From: a virus
Direction: 5' to 3' (one strand)
Virus record (IMG/VR): IMGVR_UViG_2599185261_000001
Coordinates: 2,531-66,530 of that record
DNA length: 64,000 nt
Each line of letters starts with the position of its first letter. The first letter of the stretch is position 1. The notes beneath the pieces are model-generated. The model saw nothing but the letters and a program-made list of their open reading frames with translations. It was not told the DNA's origin and did no database searches. This document shows positions 1-11,531 of the stretch, piece by piece. The position numbers were made by a program, and so were the translations under genes.

Positions 1-183
1 TTGAATAAGTGGTTCAAATTTCTTTATGTCCTCAAATTTAATATAACGGTAATATAAATCATCAATTAAATAAATACAGTCGTCAGGCACCGCAGCATAA
101 AGAGCCTTAAAAAAACTCTCCATTTCCTCAATTGTTCCTATAGCAAGTAATCTACAACCACCAGCAAAACCAGCATTGCTCAT
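1..183 (-). CDS. Putative orphan immunity protein (runs off the left window edge)
   Basis: ATG at 183 with AGGAGA RBS; frame MSNAGFAGGCRLLAIGTIEEMESFF... stays open to position 1; lies directly after an orphan nuclease toxin tip. Confidence 0.55.
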   Translation of the reverse strand, partial: MSNAGFAGGCRLLAIGTIEEMESFFKALYAAVPDDCIYLIDDLYYRYIKFEDIKKFEPLIQ

Positions 184-199
184 TTAAGTATCTCCTATA

Positions 200-560
200 T
201 TATAAAAACTGTATATCGTCATTTTTAATTATCCTATTTGATTTTTGCGCAATCAAATCAGCATTTTTTTTAGTTGTGCTTTCGAGACAGTCTGCCCTCT
301 GGTATCTAAAAGCACTTGCTGCTTTATGTTTTCAAGAAGGTGCTGCTGCCTCGCCGTTGCCTGCTCTGAAAGTTTATTCCTTAACCCATTGACATTCAGG
401 TTCAAATCATAATTTTTTACTTCAATACATATTTCGGAGCTACAATAATCTGGTCTTGTACTTCCTGGTGTACCATATGGCACTTCTTTACGATTGAGCT
501 AACTTACTTATGGTCTGAAATCAGTCATTAAACTTTGCATGACAAATTTTTCAGTTTCGT
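200..560 (-). pseudogene. Orphan CdiA-CT fragment, PD-(D/E)xK nuclease-like toxin, degraded
   Basis: EVPYGTPGSTRPD...IEVKNYDL...DTRGQ motifs; no proper start; a frameshift in the T8 run at 264-271 moves the apparent true C-terminus (ADLIAQKSNRIIKNDDIQFL*) into another frame ending at 200. Confidence 0.6.
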
Positions 561-640
561 CAGGTCGAAACCTACCGCCTTTTGCCAAGTCTTTTGTTTG
601 TGTAATTTTCATTTCACAGTTTCACAAAGTTTTTATCATT

Positions 641-1129
641 TCATTTCGAGTCTATATTTTCTATAACGCCATTTGTGTTCTCTTTATTTTTGAGATTCAT
701 CTTTCTCATTTCACTATGCTTTATAAAATTAAGTACTCTACCGACAACAAGCACTGTAATTCCGCCCATGATATAAAAAGGATATGTTGCTGAGCTTACT
801 ATGTAACTTACTCCATATCTCGATACGTCCAACCACCAACCTGGTAACAGCCATAACACACAAACTAAAACCCCAGAAATGCCGCATATTAACTCTTGAA
901 TGACATAATGCTTCTTTTGGGTTCCGACGTATATTACTCCAACAATAGTTGCAGGAATACAAAAGAAAATTAAACCCACTAAACCTATTACACCCATTAA
1001 TGCAGGTAAATAATTTATTTTTTCAAATGAATTGGAGTCATATGGTGCAAAGATAAGAACTAATGCTAATCCTGTAAAAAAAGGGCTCATTGCAAAAATT
1101 GTGATAGATGTTGAGTTCGTTATTTTCAT
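641..1129 (-). CDS. Membrane protein, putative orphan immunity protein
   Basis: About four hydrophobic segments; resembles the C-terminal half of 3068-4111 (GLVGLIFFCIPATI vs GLIGAIVFMPATI); overlaps the stop of the upstream orphan CT. Confidence 0.65.
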   Translation of the reverse strand: MKITNSTSITIFAMSPFFTGLALVLIFAPYDSNSFEKINYLPALMGVIGLVGLIFFCIPATIVGVIYVGTQKKHYVIQELICGISGVLVCVLWLLPGWWLDVSRYGVSYIVSSATYPFYIMGGITVLVVGRVLNFIKHSEMRKMNLKNKENTNGVIENIDSK

Positions 1130-1485
1130 GGTCTGAACCCATCTGATTCTGAATACCCCATCTTATAACAGCCAAAATTGAAGCGACTTTTGTAGTCCAT
1201 TAAATTAACACTATTTCCATCATTCAAAGCACCTGTGAGAAGTTCTCCTGCCCAATTGAAAAGAGGTTGTTCTCTTAAATGTGTCATATGAATATACTGT
1301 AACATGGTTTGTTCACTTCTTAATTGATTAATATCCCACTCCATTGCATTAGAATAGATACCGTTATACAGATTTTGAAAGTTATCAAAACCAACGTACA
1401 TTAGCGCATTTCCAGCATCGCTATGCCATACTTGCAGTGGTTGTTTCCAATTTTTATCATTAAATAGGTCTAAATTTTCCTGCAA
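1126..1485 (-). pseudogene. Orphan CdiA-CT fragment paralogous to the active CdiA toxin tip
   Basis: WHSDAGNALMYVGFDNFQNLYN and WDINQLRSEQTMLQYIH match CdiA WRAEAGKKIMEGGFNNFSNLYN and WNVDQLISEQKMLQPVH; SVNLMD matches SVNIMD. Confidence 0.7.
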
Positions 1486-1518
1486 TATCCACCTTAGTTG
1501 AACAGTACAATCTCTAAT

Positions 1519-2205
1519 TATTGATGTGCGCTGTTGGTATCACGATTTAATTTGTCGATGTCTTGTGTATGTTTATCTTTGAGAGTAATATCAATATTAC
1601 CGCTAATCGTAGCTTTGGTTTAACTCTCTGTGTTGTTACTATGATTGCTATGGGTTGCACAAGGGGTACTTAATCCCCCTAGGCAATATTGCTGTGCTGT
1701 TTTACCATAATTAAGTTTGCCTTTTGTTCATGCATATACTCAATAGAAATCAAGATATAGGTTTTAGCATTACTCAATACCCACAGAATGACAATCGGAA
1801 TAATATCTACCCCTGTAACTCGAAGTAACTTCAGTATAGATACCAGCTTGTTATTAGACGTTTGCATAGTCACTGTCTATTTTTGTTTTGCTGTGACTGA
1901 TACTCATACTGCCAGTACCCACGCTGACATTTTCGCTGAAGTCAGTTTGTTTGCTGTAATAGTTATCTGTATGCTGTAAACTTTCTATCCGTAAATCATT
2001 GCCTACGTTTAATGTTACACCATCCCCTTTAACTTGAGTGCCTATGATTTGGGTGTCTCGGCCACTATTAAGTGTGATGAGGTTACCAGCATTGAGTTCG
2101 CTAGCAATATTGGTTAGGCCTAGACTCCCCCCTTTACTCCCATTTTTATCATCTAGATTTGAGGTATCTTTTGCTACTTGTAATAAAATGTCGCGTTTGG
2201 CATCT
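1519..2205 (-). pseudogene. Degenerate duplicated pieces of the cdiA stalk region
   Basis: DNA similarity by eye: ~1519-1700 with ~5950-6140, ~1860-2110 with ~6350-6610, ~2120-2200 with ~6690-6775; contains deletions and stops. Confidence 0.8.
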
Positions 2206-2329
2206 ACTGCTGCTAATTTAATACTAAATATTCTAATCTCTCAATCTTTTAATATCAGGCATCTTCATCGTTCACGAGTATAGCGGACTAATGAAAATAT
2301 TTAACTTGATTGCAATCTCATTTAAACTG

Positions 2330-2403
2330 AGAACGCCTTTTGATTGAACTAGCTTCATAGCATTACTTTTAAATTCGGCTGAAAATGTTTATTTAGTCAT
2401 CAT
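2330..2403 (-). mobile_element. Possible IS3-family OrfA relic
   Basis: Reads MTK*TFSAEFKSNAMKLVQSKG, like the FSAEFK...A..LV N-terminus of IS3-family transposases; very short, with an internal stop. Confidence 0.4.
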
Positions 2404-2452
2404 TGCCCCTTTTTATTTAGAAAAGTACATGAGCATCTTTGTGACATCTATC

Positions 2453-2968
2453 CTACACTATATAGGTCAACACACAATTGTGAGCATACTTTTGGTATTT
2501 TGTACCAGCTTTATATAAATACTTTTCCCAATTCTTATAGAGTTGAATAATATTTTCTTCATGGGAATTATTTATAGACGTTTTATCCATTACAGGCATA
2601 TACCTAACAAAGGACTCAATCTCTTCTGGATAGTCAAATTCAGCATATATTTTTTCTACGTCCCCAAATGGGTCTGAGATTGATGCACGATTATCGAAAA
2701 TATATTTAAGCTCAATATACAACCACTTACCGACATCATAATTCTCAAGTTTTATATCAAGTTGATCTAATAAAGAATCTAATTTGAATACTGTACTTTT
2801 ATCAATAAACGATATTTCGGCAATTAATTCATTTATATTATTACCTTCTAATAAACTATCAGAGGCATAATTAACTACATCTCTCCACCCTATTAACTTG
2901 TGTTTATAGCCCCAATGAATATCTGTCCACTCTAAAAAAATATATTTTTTCACTATCTCGTATTTCAT
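2453..2968 (-). CDS. DUF2247-like immunity protein
   Basis: W.DI.WGY..KLIGW..VV.YA, KWLY and IYAEFDYPEEIESFVRYMP motifs; located in the orphan immunity array. Confidence 0.75.
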   Translation of the reverse strand: MKYEIVKKYIFLEWTDIHWGYKHKLIGWRDVVNYASDSLLEGNNINELIAEISFIDKSTVFKLDSLLDQLDIKLENYDVGKWLYIELKYIFDNRASISDPFGDVEKIYAEFDYPEEIESFVRYMPVMDKTSINNSHEENIIQLYKNWEKYLYKAGTKYQKYAHNCVLTYIV

Positions 2969-2987
2969 TTGATATTCTCATTTTTAT

Positions 2988-3058
2988 ATTGATTTCTGCA
3001 GGATCTGGATGAGGGTTCATATGGATATCTTCCACATAAAAAGGAAAGCTACTTGTAC
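2988..3058 (-). pseudogene. ~70-bp relic of a CdiA-CT paralogue
   Basis: Encodes SFPFYVEDIHMNPHPDPAEIN versus CdiA NFPDYVEGIHMNPYSDSAEIN (~4357-4425). Confidence 0.7.
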
Positions 3059-3067
3059 ACATTCGCG

Positions 3068-4111
3068 TTAATTCAATTGATAATAAAAAGCAATTTGCAA
3101 TTTAACGATATATAAATAGGGTAGAATAAGCATAAGCAATATATACGCTATGATAAGATTAATTAATGCTATATTCGCAGGAATTTTTCTATAGTAATTT
3201 AAGCCTGCAGCGACTATAAAACCGCCTAAAAACCCCATGTAGCTTAATGGCTCAACTGCCTTAATGAACTCCAAAATATTCAATTCGCCCTTGAAATAAC
3301 TTACAAGATCAGAGTAATCCGTTATAGCTGCACAAGTTATGAACCCGACCAAACTGCATAAAACATTTTGAATATATCTATGAATTTTAGTCGTGAGCAT
3401 ATAAAATATGCTAGTTGCTATTGTTGCAGGCATAAAAACAATAGCCCCAATCAAACCAATTACATACAGCATTATCGAAACAGGAAAAATACCTAATAAA
3501 TCCCTTCCCCCATCTTTATCATCTATATGAATTTCAAACATAAATATGTGCATCATTGCAGGTCCTAGATATATTGGACAAAATATAAAAAATAGGAATG
3601 CATATAGTTTGAAATTAAAATTATCAATTTTTTTTATTATATAATGTGGAGCATATTTTTCTTTCTGCAATATATTTATAAAAAATAATAACATGACAAA
3701 AAAATACAAAAACTGCAACACATCTACAACAACATTTTGATGTGGGTAATTAAATATGTGAAGTAACGCTCTCCACAATACAAAACTAGTACAACTAATT
3801 TTCAAAATTTTAATTTGTTGCTTATATTTATCTTTTTCTTTTAAATATTTAAAGGTTAATCCTGCAATCAAAAAAGGCAAAGAAAAAGGTAATATTACAA
3901 TCACGCCAACACCGTACTCTGAGGCTTTTGAAATTGAAATTTCACTAGGAAACCTAGGAAGAAATAGCCTAAGAACTCTAAATTCCATAAGCAAACTATA
4001 TAAACTGGCTAAATGTGTATACACAGCCGAACTTAAAATAATGCTAAGCAGTATAAATAAATAGAACTGTTTTCTTTCGTTTATATCAATCACAACTATA
4101 TTCCCCATCAA
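3068..4111 (-). CDS. Multi-pass membrane protein, probable cognate CdiI immunity protein
   Basis: Start overlaps the cdiA stop; many hydrophobic helices; very AT-rich. Confidence 0.7.
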   Translation of the reverse strand: MMGNIVVIDINERKQFYLFILLSIILSSAVYTHLASLYSLLMEFRVLRLFLPRFPSEISISKASEYGVGVIVILPFSLPFLIAGLTFKYLKEKDKYKQQIKILKISCTSFVLWRALLHIFNYPHQNVVVDVLQFLYFFVMLLFFINILQKEKYAPHYIIKKIDNFNFKLYAFLFFIFCPIYLGPAMMHIFMFEIHIDDKDGGRDLLGIFPVSIMLYVIGLIGAIVFMPATIATSIFYMLTTKIHRYIQNVLCSLVGFITCAAITDYSDLVSYFKGELNILEFIKAVEPLSYMGFLGGFIVAAGLNYYRKIPANIALINLIIAYILLMLILPYLYIVKLQIAFYYQLN

Positions 4112-7100
4112 TTTTCATTCCATTAAGTCCATGTTGCACCCTGCTATTACAATCCATAATATTAACCGAGTGTTCTCCAAAATTTTTTAATTTCAATTGG
4201 ATTTTGGATTGAAGTGTAGGAAGTTCAAGAATGGTCACATTAAGAGGCATATCCTTAAGATAACTGACTAGTTTTGCTAATTCTGTAGTATTTGAATTAT
4301 TGGAAGGCTGCTTTTCATCTTTTGTTGACAACATGTATTGTATAAAATTAAGCATGTTGATTTCTGCAGAATCCGAATAAGGGTTCATATGGATACCTTC
4401 CACATAATCAGGGAAGTTACCTGTAGCGTATGTACCCAATTCACCAAGCGGTGGGAAATTAGAGTTATTTGGAATATATTTTTCATGTACTGGTTGCAAC
4501 ATTTTTTGCTCACTTATTAACTGATCAACATTCCAAATCATTGAATAAACATCAGGGTTATTTGAGAATAAAGTATATAAATTTAATTTTACTGAATTCA
4601 CCTTACCAGAATCATCAAAATTTAGTACACTTAGATTAACATTATCATAATTTCCATTGCTGAGATTATACAGATTGCTAAAATTATTAAATCCGCCTTC
4701 CATTATTTTTTTCCCAGCTTCTGCACGCCATGCATCCAAGTCGGCATCTAAAGCCCAATCATATAATTCAAATGTATATTCAGAACCGCAGCCTGTTGCT
4801 CCCAACCCAGTTAAACAAGCACGGCTGACTTTTTCTGCTTCCCCATACCATTTAATGGGGATGCCTAATTCGTCAAAATAATAGTCATTCATTCCAAAAA
4901 AATCAGCACGATTATCAATACTCTCTACTCTCTCACTGATTAACGCTTTTGCATCTTGTCCATTGTATAAAATATTTAGTGTGTTATTACTCGAATAAAA
5001 ACGGTCACCTAATAAATCTCTCGCATCAATAATTTTATCATTAATACCACCATTATAAGCAATCGCATCTTTTAATGCTGCAGTACAAGCACTAGAATCT
5101 GGTTTTTCTTCACATACTGAAACTAAATCAACATCTTGTTCTAGACTGATTTCACTATATTTTTTAATTAATTCATCTCTACGGATTTTACATGCATCAG
5201 TAAAACAAATCCCCTCATAATTACTTATAAATTCCTCAGCTTGCATTTGTGTCAGATAATTATTTTCGACTGCATTCTTACCAACAAGTGCTCCTTGAGC
5301 AGCATCGCTAGAGCTACCAGCTGCTAATCCGCCTGCTAAACCTGCTGCAATTTGCGACAATGCTGAAATGTTTTGACGTTCCGCTTCAGTCAAATCCTCA
5401 AAAGGTTTATTTCCATAAAGTTGCTCTTTTACTAATTGCGCCGCAACTTTTGCTGATAGCGTACTTAACCCACCTGCAAATGCATTATTGCCATTTGCGT
5501 GACTGAGTAATGCACCTAAGATGGCATGCGCACCAAGATTAGCCTCAAGGTTAATGCTTCCATCTGGATTGGTGGTGGCTTTCTTAATGGCTTCTGCTAG
5601 GTAGGGTGCACTGCCATTAGCAAGGGCTTTGGTGATATCGCCCCCCAATGCGCCTTGCAGAGCACCGGTGAGGGCTTGGGTTACTTGTTGATATTTCCCA
5701 CCTGTTCCCCAATCGCGCTGTGCATTGTTTTGAGCTCTTTGTTCTATCTCTTGTTTTGAGGGTTCTTTACCTTCTGCAAGGAGTTCTTTCTCGGCTTGTT
5801 TCAAGGCATTTTCATCACTCTTCGCTTTCTCTGCGCGTATTTGTCCTTCTGTACGAACAAGATTGCTCAGTTGATTGCCGATATCTGCCATCAGTTGTTG
5901 TTCATCTAATCTTGATTGTTCTTTATCTTTATCAAAGATGGTCTCTAATGATTGATGTGCATTATTGGTATCACGATTTAATGTGGCGATGTCTTGTGTC
6001 TGTTTATCTTTATCTTTGAGAGTAATGTCAATATTACCGCCAATGGTAGCTTTGGTTTCACTCTCTGAGTTGCCACTATGATTGCTATGGGTTGCACCAG
6101 GGGTACTGAATCCCCCTAGGCCATTTTGCTGTGCTGACTCACCAAGGTTAAGATTGCCATTTATTCCGATACCACTACTTGAAACGTCAAATTCGGCTTT
6201 ATTTTTGATGTCCTCAAAGGTGAGAGTGCCAGTGCTTAGGGTGTTATGCTCTCCTTCACTTGCGATAATTCCCCCTTTGAGGTGAGTATTATTTCCAACT
6301 TCAATATCAACGCCTTTTGTACCAGCAAAAATCCCTGCTTGCTCTTGAACGCTTGCATAGTCACTGTCCATTTGGGTTTTGCTGGCACTGATACCCCCAC
6401 CCATACTGCCAGTACCCACGCTGATATTTGCGCTGAAGTCAGTTTGTTTGCTGTGATAGTTATCTGTATCCTGTAAGCTTTCTATCCGTAAATCATTGCC
6501 TACGTTTAATGTGACACCATCCCCTTTAACTTGACTGCCTATAATGTGGGTGTCTCGGCCACTATTGAGTGTGATGAGGTTACCAGCATTCAGTTCGCTG
6601 CCGATATTGGTCACGCCATTGCCGTTTTCACTGCCTTTGCCTTTATTAAAGCCGGCATTCACCCCAAAACCACCGTTGTAGGTCACGCCTAGGCTGCCAC
6701 CTTTACTCTCATTTTTACCATCTAGTTTTGAGGTATCCTTTGCTGCTTGTAATAAAATGTCACGCTTTGCATCTAGGGTCAGGTTATTTGTGGCATCTAG
6801 GGTGCTACCTTGTACTAAGATGTCTTGTTCAGTTGCGACAAGATTAATATCACCCCCTGCGGTTAAGTTACTACCAGTATGGTTAACTTGATTGAGGGTT
6901 TGCTCTGAGCGTGTGGATTGGGTGCCATAGCTTAGGTTGATGCCAACTGTACTGGATGTATTATTTTGTGCTTTCGCCAATCGATAGTCTTGAGCTGCTT
7001 GTGCGCCAGATAAGGCGCTACTGACACCAAGTAATGCATTTTTACGGTCACTGTTGTTTTTGCTGATTTGTGTAGCGTTACTAACTGCGCTACTGATAGC

Positions 7101-10100
7101 GCTGCCAACTGAGCCACCAAGACTGACTGTGAACCCAGAGCTTTTGGTTTCAGTAACATGTTTTTCATCATGGGTATTGGCGGCGGCTGTGATATCGATA
7201 CTTTTGGCTAGCGCATTGATATCACCACCTGCGATGACTTCTGAGCCATGTATGGTGGCTTTATTGCCTGCTTGGATTAATACATCCCCATTGAGGCTAC
7301 CAATTGTGCTGCCAACCTCTACGCCATCACGACTGCTATCGTCATTTTTTTGACTTTTTTTACCAATAAAGACGCCGAGGCCGCCACCACTCATTAATCC
7401 GGACCTTTTGGTTTCGGTAGTGGTTTGGGTATAATACTGCTCTTTTGCGGTAGTGATATTGACATCTTTTCCGGCTTTTAGGCTAAGGGTTTCATCTGCA
7501 ATGATATCGCTACCTTGAACGGTTAAATCTTGACCTGCACTTAGGCTAATGGTGCCTCCATTAAATTGGCTGCCTATACTGGTTTGGTTATCAATTTGTG
7601 TTCGGGTAGTTGTAGTTGAGCTAGAAAGCAGTCCTTTATTAGACGCTTTAGTCTGTGAATCTAGGGTCTCGGTCGCAATACCTTCTCGTATGGTTAGGTC
7701 ATTGCCAGCTTGAACATTCAAGGCTTTATCTGCAGTAACATTAGCTGCGATACTGTCAATATCATTACCTGCAATGATATTAAGGTCACCTGCCGCGTAT
7801 ATTTGGGTGCCTACATCTGTGGTGCTCTCTTGGCGCCAATAGTTATCTCCATCACCGACTTGTTCTTTATTTTTCGTTTGTACGGTATTAAGGGTGAGGT
7901 TATTACCGGCTTTAAGTTGGGTTTGGCTGTCTTCGCCTTGATTGACGATGTTTGCAGCGGTCAGGGTAAGGTCGTTCCCTGCATCTAATACTAATACGCC
8001 TTCATTGCCAGTGACACCCATTTGTCCGATTTGGTTGATAACGGTTCGTTCTGCGCCATTGGTTGGGGTAATGCCAGTGTTATTAGCGGTAGTGGTGATC
8101 ACATTAATATCACCGCCTGCTTTTGCTATCAATGTATCGGCTGCTACTATGCTTCCACCTATGTTATTAATGTCTTGTTTTGCTGTCAGTCCGATTTCTT
8201 TACCACTCAGTTTCCCTGCGTTGTTATTAATGTTATTTGCATTCACTAACAAGGTCTGTTGTGTTTGTATTCTCCCGCTATTATTTAAATCATCTTTGAG
8301 ATCTAACTGCATGTTTTTAGCGCTGAGCAAGGCACCTGCATTGGTTAAATCTTCTGGTTGTACTTTTGCATACACTTGAGGAACTAACACTTCTTGTGTT
8401 GTACCATCTGGCAAGGTTACGTTTTGGGTGACTAACCAAACGATATCGGTTGTCAGGCTAGCAACTTGCTCGGCTGAAAGTGCTATACCTGGGGTAAGGT
8501 TGAATTTTTCTGCAGCGGCTAGGCCTGCATCCATTAAGGCTTTATATTGTTCTTCATCATTAGTGTAGTCACCTAGATAACGATTACCTGTCAGGCTTAT
8601 GATTTGGTCTTTTACGAGTTTTTGCTCGTAATATCCATCACCCAGTCGTTTATGCTGATTGCTATGATTGCTATTAAACGCTTTGAGCATGTAATCAGAG
8701 CCTAACCATTTTTTTTGATCGGTAAAGCGTGGGTCGGTTTCTATTAAATAGTCTGCTTTGCCATTGGGGTTAATTTGATATAGGCTATTTGTCGGTAATG
8801 TCAGTGATGGCAAAGTGGTGTTAATGCCATTTACCGTGCTTTCACTGATATTAGCGGTGTGTGTAATAGCTTGATTGGCTTTATATTCGGTTAGTTCTAA
8901 ATCAATATTCACTTCTTGGTAATTATTGATGCTAAAACCATTTGAATCCTGATAAGTCCTATTTTGCAAAAAACCATGTTCTACATTGGAAAACCAATGA
9001 GTGCCACTTCCCTTTTCACTGATGCGTCTGATGCCGATGGTTTCAAAATTATTGAGTTCAACCGCATCCACGAGTAAGGATTTACCTGCTAAGATATGGC
9101 TATCTAGGTTATCTATTTTTTTTGCATCGATGACTAAATTACCGCCGGCTATGATTTCTCCTGGGTTAGTTTCTTGTATGACGTCATCAACAAATACTCG
9201 GGTAAAATAGAGTTCTTGCCAATCATTGCTTTTAGTGCCGGTAGGAACTGTGATGTGTGTTACGTCATATTTATCATTACAGGGTTTTATTTCATTATAA
9301 TCGTATACGGTCGGGCTTCCCCATAACCCTGCTTTATGGTGAACTGTACGACTAGTCTCTTCTTGTGTGATAATTAATTGAGCATTCTTATTTAGCAGGT
9401 AGTCACTATTAATATACATGTCATTGAGGGATTCAATGCGTGCACTGCTATTTTCAACAATCGATGCGGCGCCACTGACTTCATAATCATCGGTTAAGGT
9501 ACCGCCGATTGCTAAATCACCTCCACTGTAAATTAAACTATGCCAGTCATTGACGAGTATGGTAGTACCAATATTCAAAAGTTCTCGCGCGGCTAGTGTT
9601 GCGCTTTTATCTGCTTCACTGAGATTTTGTAAGGTATGTGTTTTAAATGCGATGATATCACCATAGATTCTTCCTGTGCCTATGTTACTTAATAATTCGG
9701 TTTGAATGGTGGTGGTGAGTCCATCTATGAGTCCTCGGTTAGTCAGGGTGTCGGTGAGATTCAGATTAGCCCAACCTGCTGTCACTTCGCCAACTAAATG
9801 ATTATTAAATGATAGAGCATTAATGTTGGCCTGCTTAGCGGCCCAAAATGTCCCCAAATTATCAATGGTGCCGGTCGAGCTCAGGTTAAGTGTTCCGTTA
9901 GCAATCATGGTACCGGTATGTTCATAGCCGCTACCTAATGTCACCGCCATATTTCCTTCGGATTGGACTTTCCCTGGGCTCGTTAGGTATGTGGTTTCAA
10001 TTTCAAGGTTGTTACCTGCGGCAAGTTCACCTATGTTATCAACGCGCTGCTTCGCCTTAATGTGAAGCTGCTGATTGGCAACCATCTCCCCTGAATTAGT

Positions 10101-11443
10101 TAGGCTTTGACCACTGAGCGTAATGTCACCTTTGGCTGCAACGAGACCGGTATTGTCTATTTCCTGCGCAGCCACTGCTACCGTATTTTCGGCATAGAGG
10201 GTGCCTGTGTTGTTGACGATATTCGCATTAACGTTCAGGGTACCTTTATTTTGTATGTCACCGGTATTATTGAGTATACGGGTATTCACTGAGGTATTTT
10301 TATGACTTTCAATGTTACCTTGGTTAGTCAATGCGCTCGACGTTAACTCAATATTGCCTTCTGCATAAAGTTGACCACTATTATCGATATGGTTGCTATG
10401 TGAGGTCAATGAGACATCGCCTTTCGCTTGTATTGCGCCGGTATTAACGAGTTTACCATCAGCGGTAATGGTAATGTTACTGGCTGAAGCGCCTATTTTC
10501 CCGGTATTTTTGACGCCAACTCCGTGTTCGGTACCTACTAAACGGATTTTACCAGCATACATGCCTCCTAAGTCGGAGACATCTATCGCTACGGTAGGTC
10601 TATTCACTTCACTTTGTACGGCATTTTGGATAACGGTCATGTTATCTGCATCGATTTGGTTTTGCCCAGTCGTCACGGTTAGTTCATTCGCCCAGACATC
10701 CCCATTGACTTCAACCGCCCTTGAGATTAAATCAGTTTTATCCTGCCGAGAGCTATCAAGTCCTGCTCCTTGAACGACAATTTTACCATCACTCACCTGA
10801 TAGCCCGTCACTGCGCCATTTTCAACTACGACATTCCCGGTGGTTAGGGTTGCTCGGTGGCTATTAATAAATCCACATCCCTCACAAGTTACGCCGGCTG
10901 GATTGGCGATAATGACTTGGGCTTTTTTGCCCGCTACTTCAACAAACCCATTTAAATGACTAGGATTCTTACTGTTCACTTCATTCAAAATAATTCGTGC
11001 TTCACCTGTTGCAAGGTATGGATTGGCATCTACCATTCCACCTAGCTCAGTTTGACTGGGTTTGCGACCATTATTTAGAATAACCCCTTTTGATTAACGT
11101 CAAACTGGGAATATTTATTGTGTGAAACGCCTGAGGCGCTAGGGGTGTGTATGTTAACTTGAGGGGTACCATTAGCACTCTCAATGATGATGGGTCTTTG
11201 GTTACCAGGTGCATTCGCATCAGCAACAATATTCGCATCCACAGACGATACCCAAAGGATATTACCAAGTACCAGACTGGTCAACCAAACTAACTTTTGC
11301 AAGTTAAATACACTTGATATGGTGTTAACGCCCTCTATCACCGCATCATCTTTATTCGGTTGATGGATTTTGGCTAGCTCAGAGACTGCCGTCATTACAC
11401 CTAAAGCTTGATTGAAGATCACGCGATAACGAAGTTTGTTCAT
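4086..11443 (-). CDS. cdiA: CdiA / filamentous-haemagglutinin-family toxin with VENN pre-toxin motif, interrupted by a 1-nt frameshift at ~11084-11091
   Basis: ESPR-type N-terminus (MNKLRYRVIFNQ...AVSELAK), TPS domain (NPAG, CEGCGFIN), haemagglutinin repeats, GKNAVENNY; adding one base in CAAAAGGGGTT joins ORF 11075-11443 to 4086-11036 via QKGVILNNGRKPSQTELGGMVDANP. Confidence 0.9.
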
Positions 11444-11531
11444 TTGTAATTACCTTTCTCTGTTTTAATATGCATTAAGATATATTTAAGATGTATTATT
11501 CTTTTAAATTTAAATAATCGATATTGATTTG

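Noticed and set aside
4338..10773. Many plus-strand ORFs inside cdiA
   Set aside because: Antisense shadows of a long coding sequence, without RBS or motifs; the same applies to shadows inside J, TMP, capsid, scaffold and terL.
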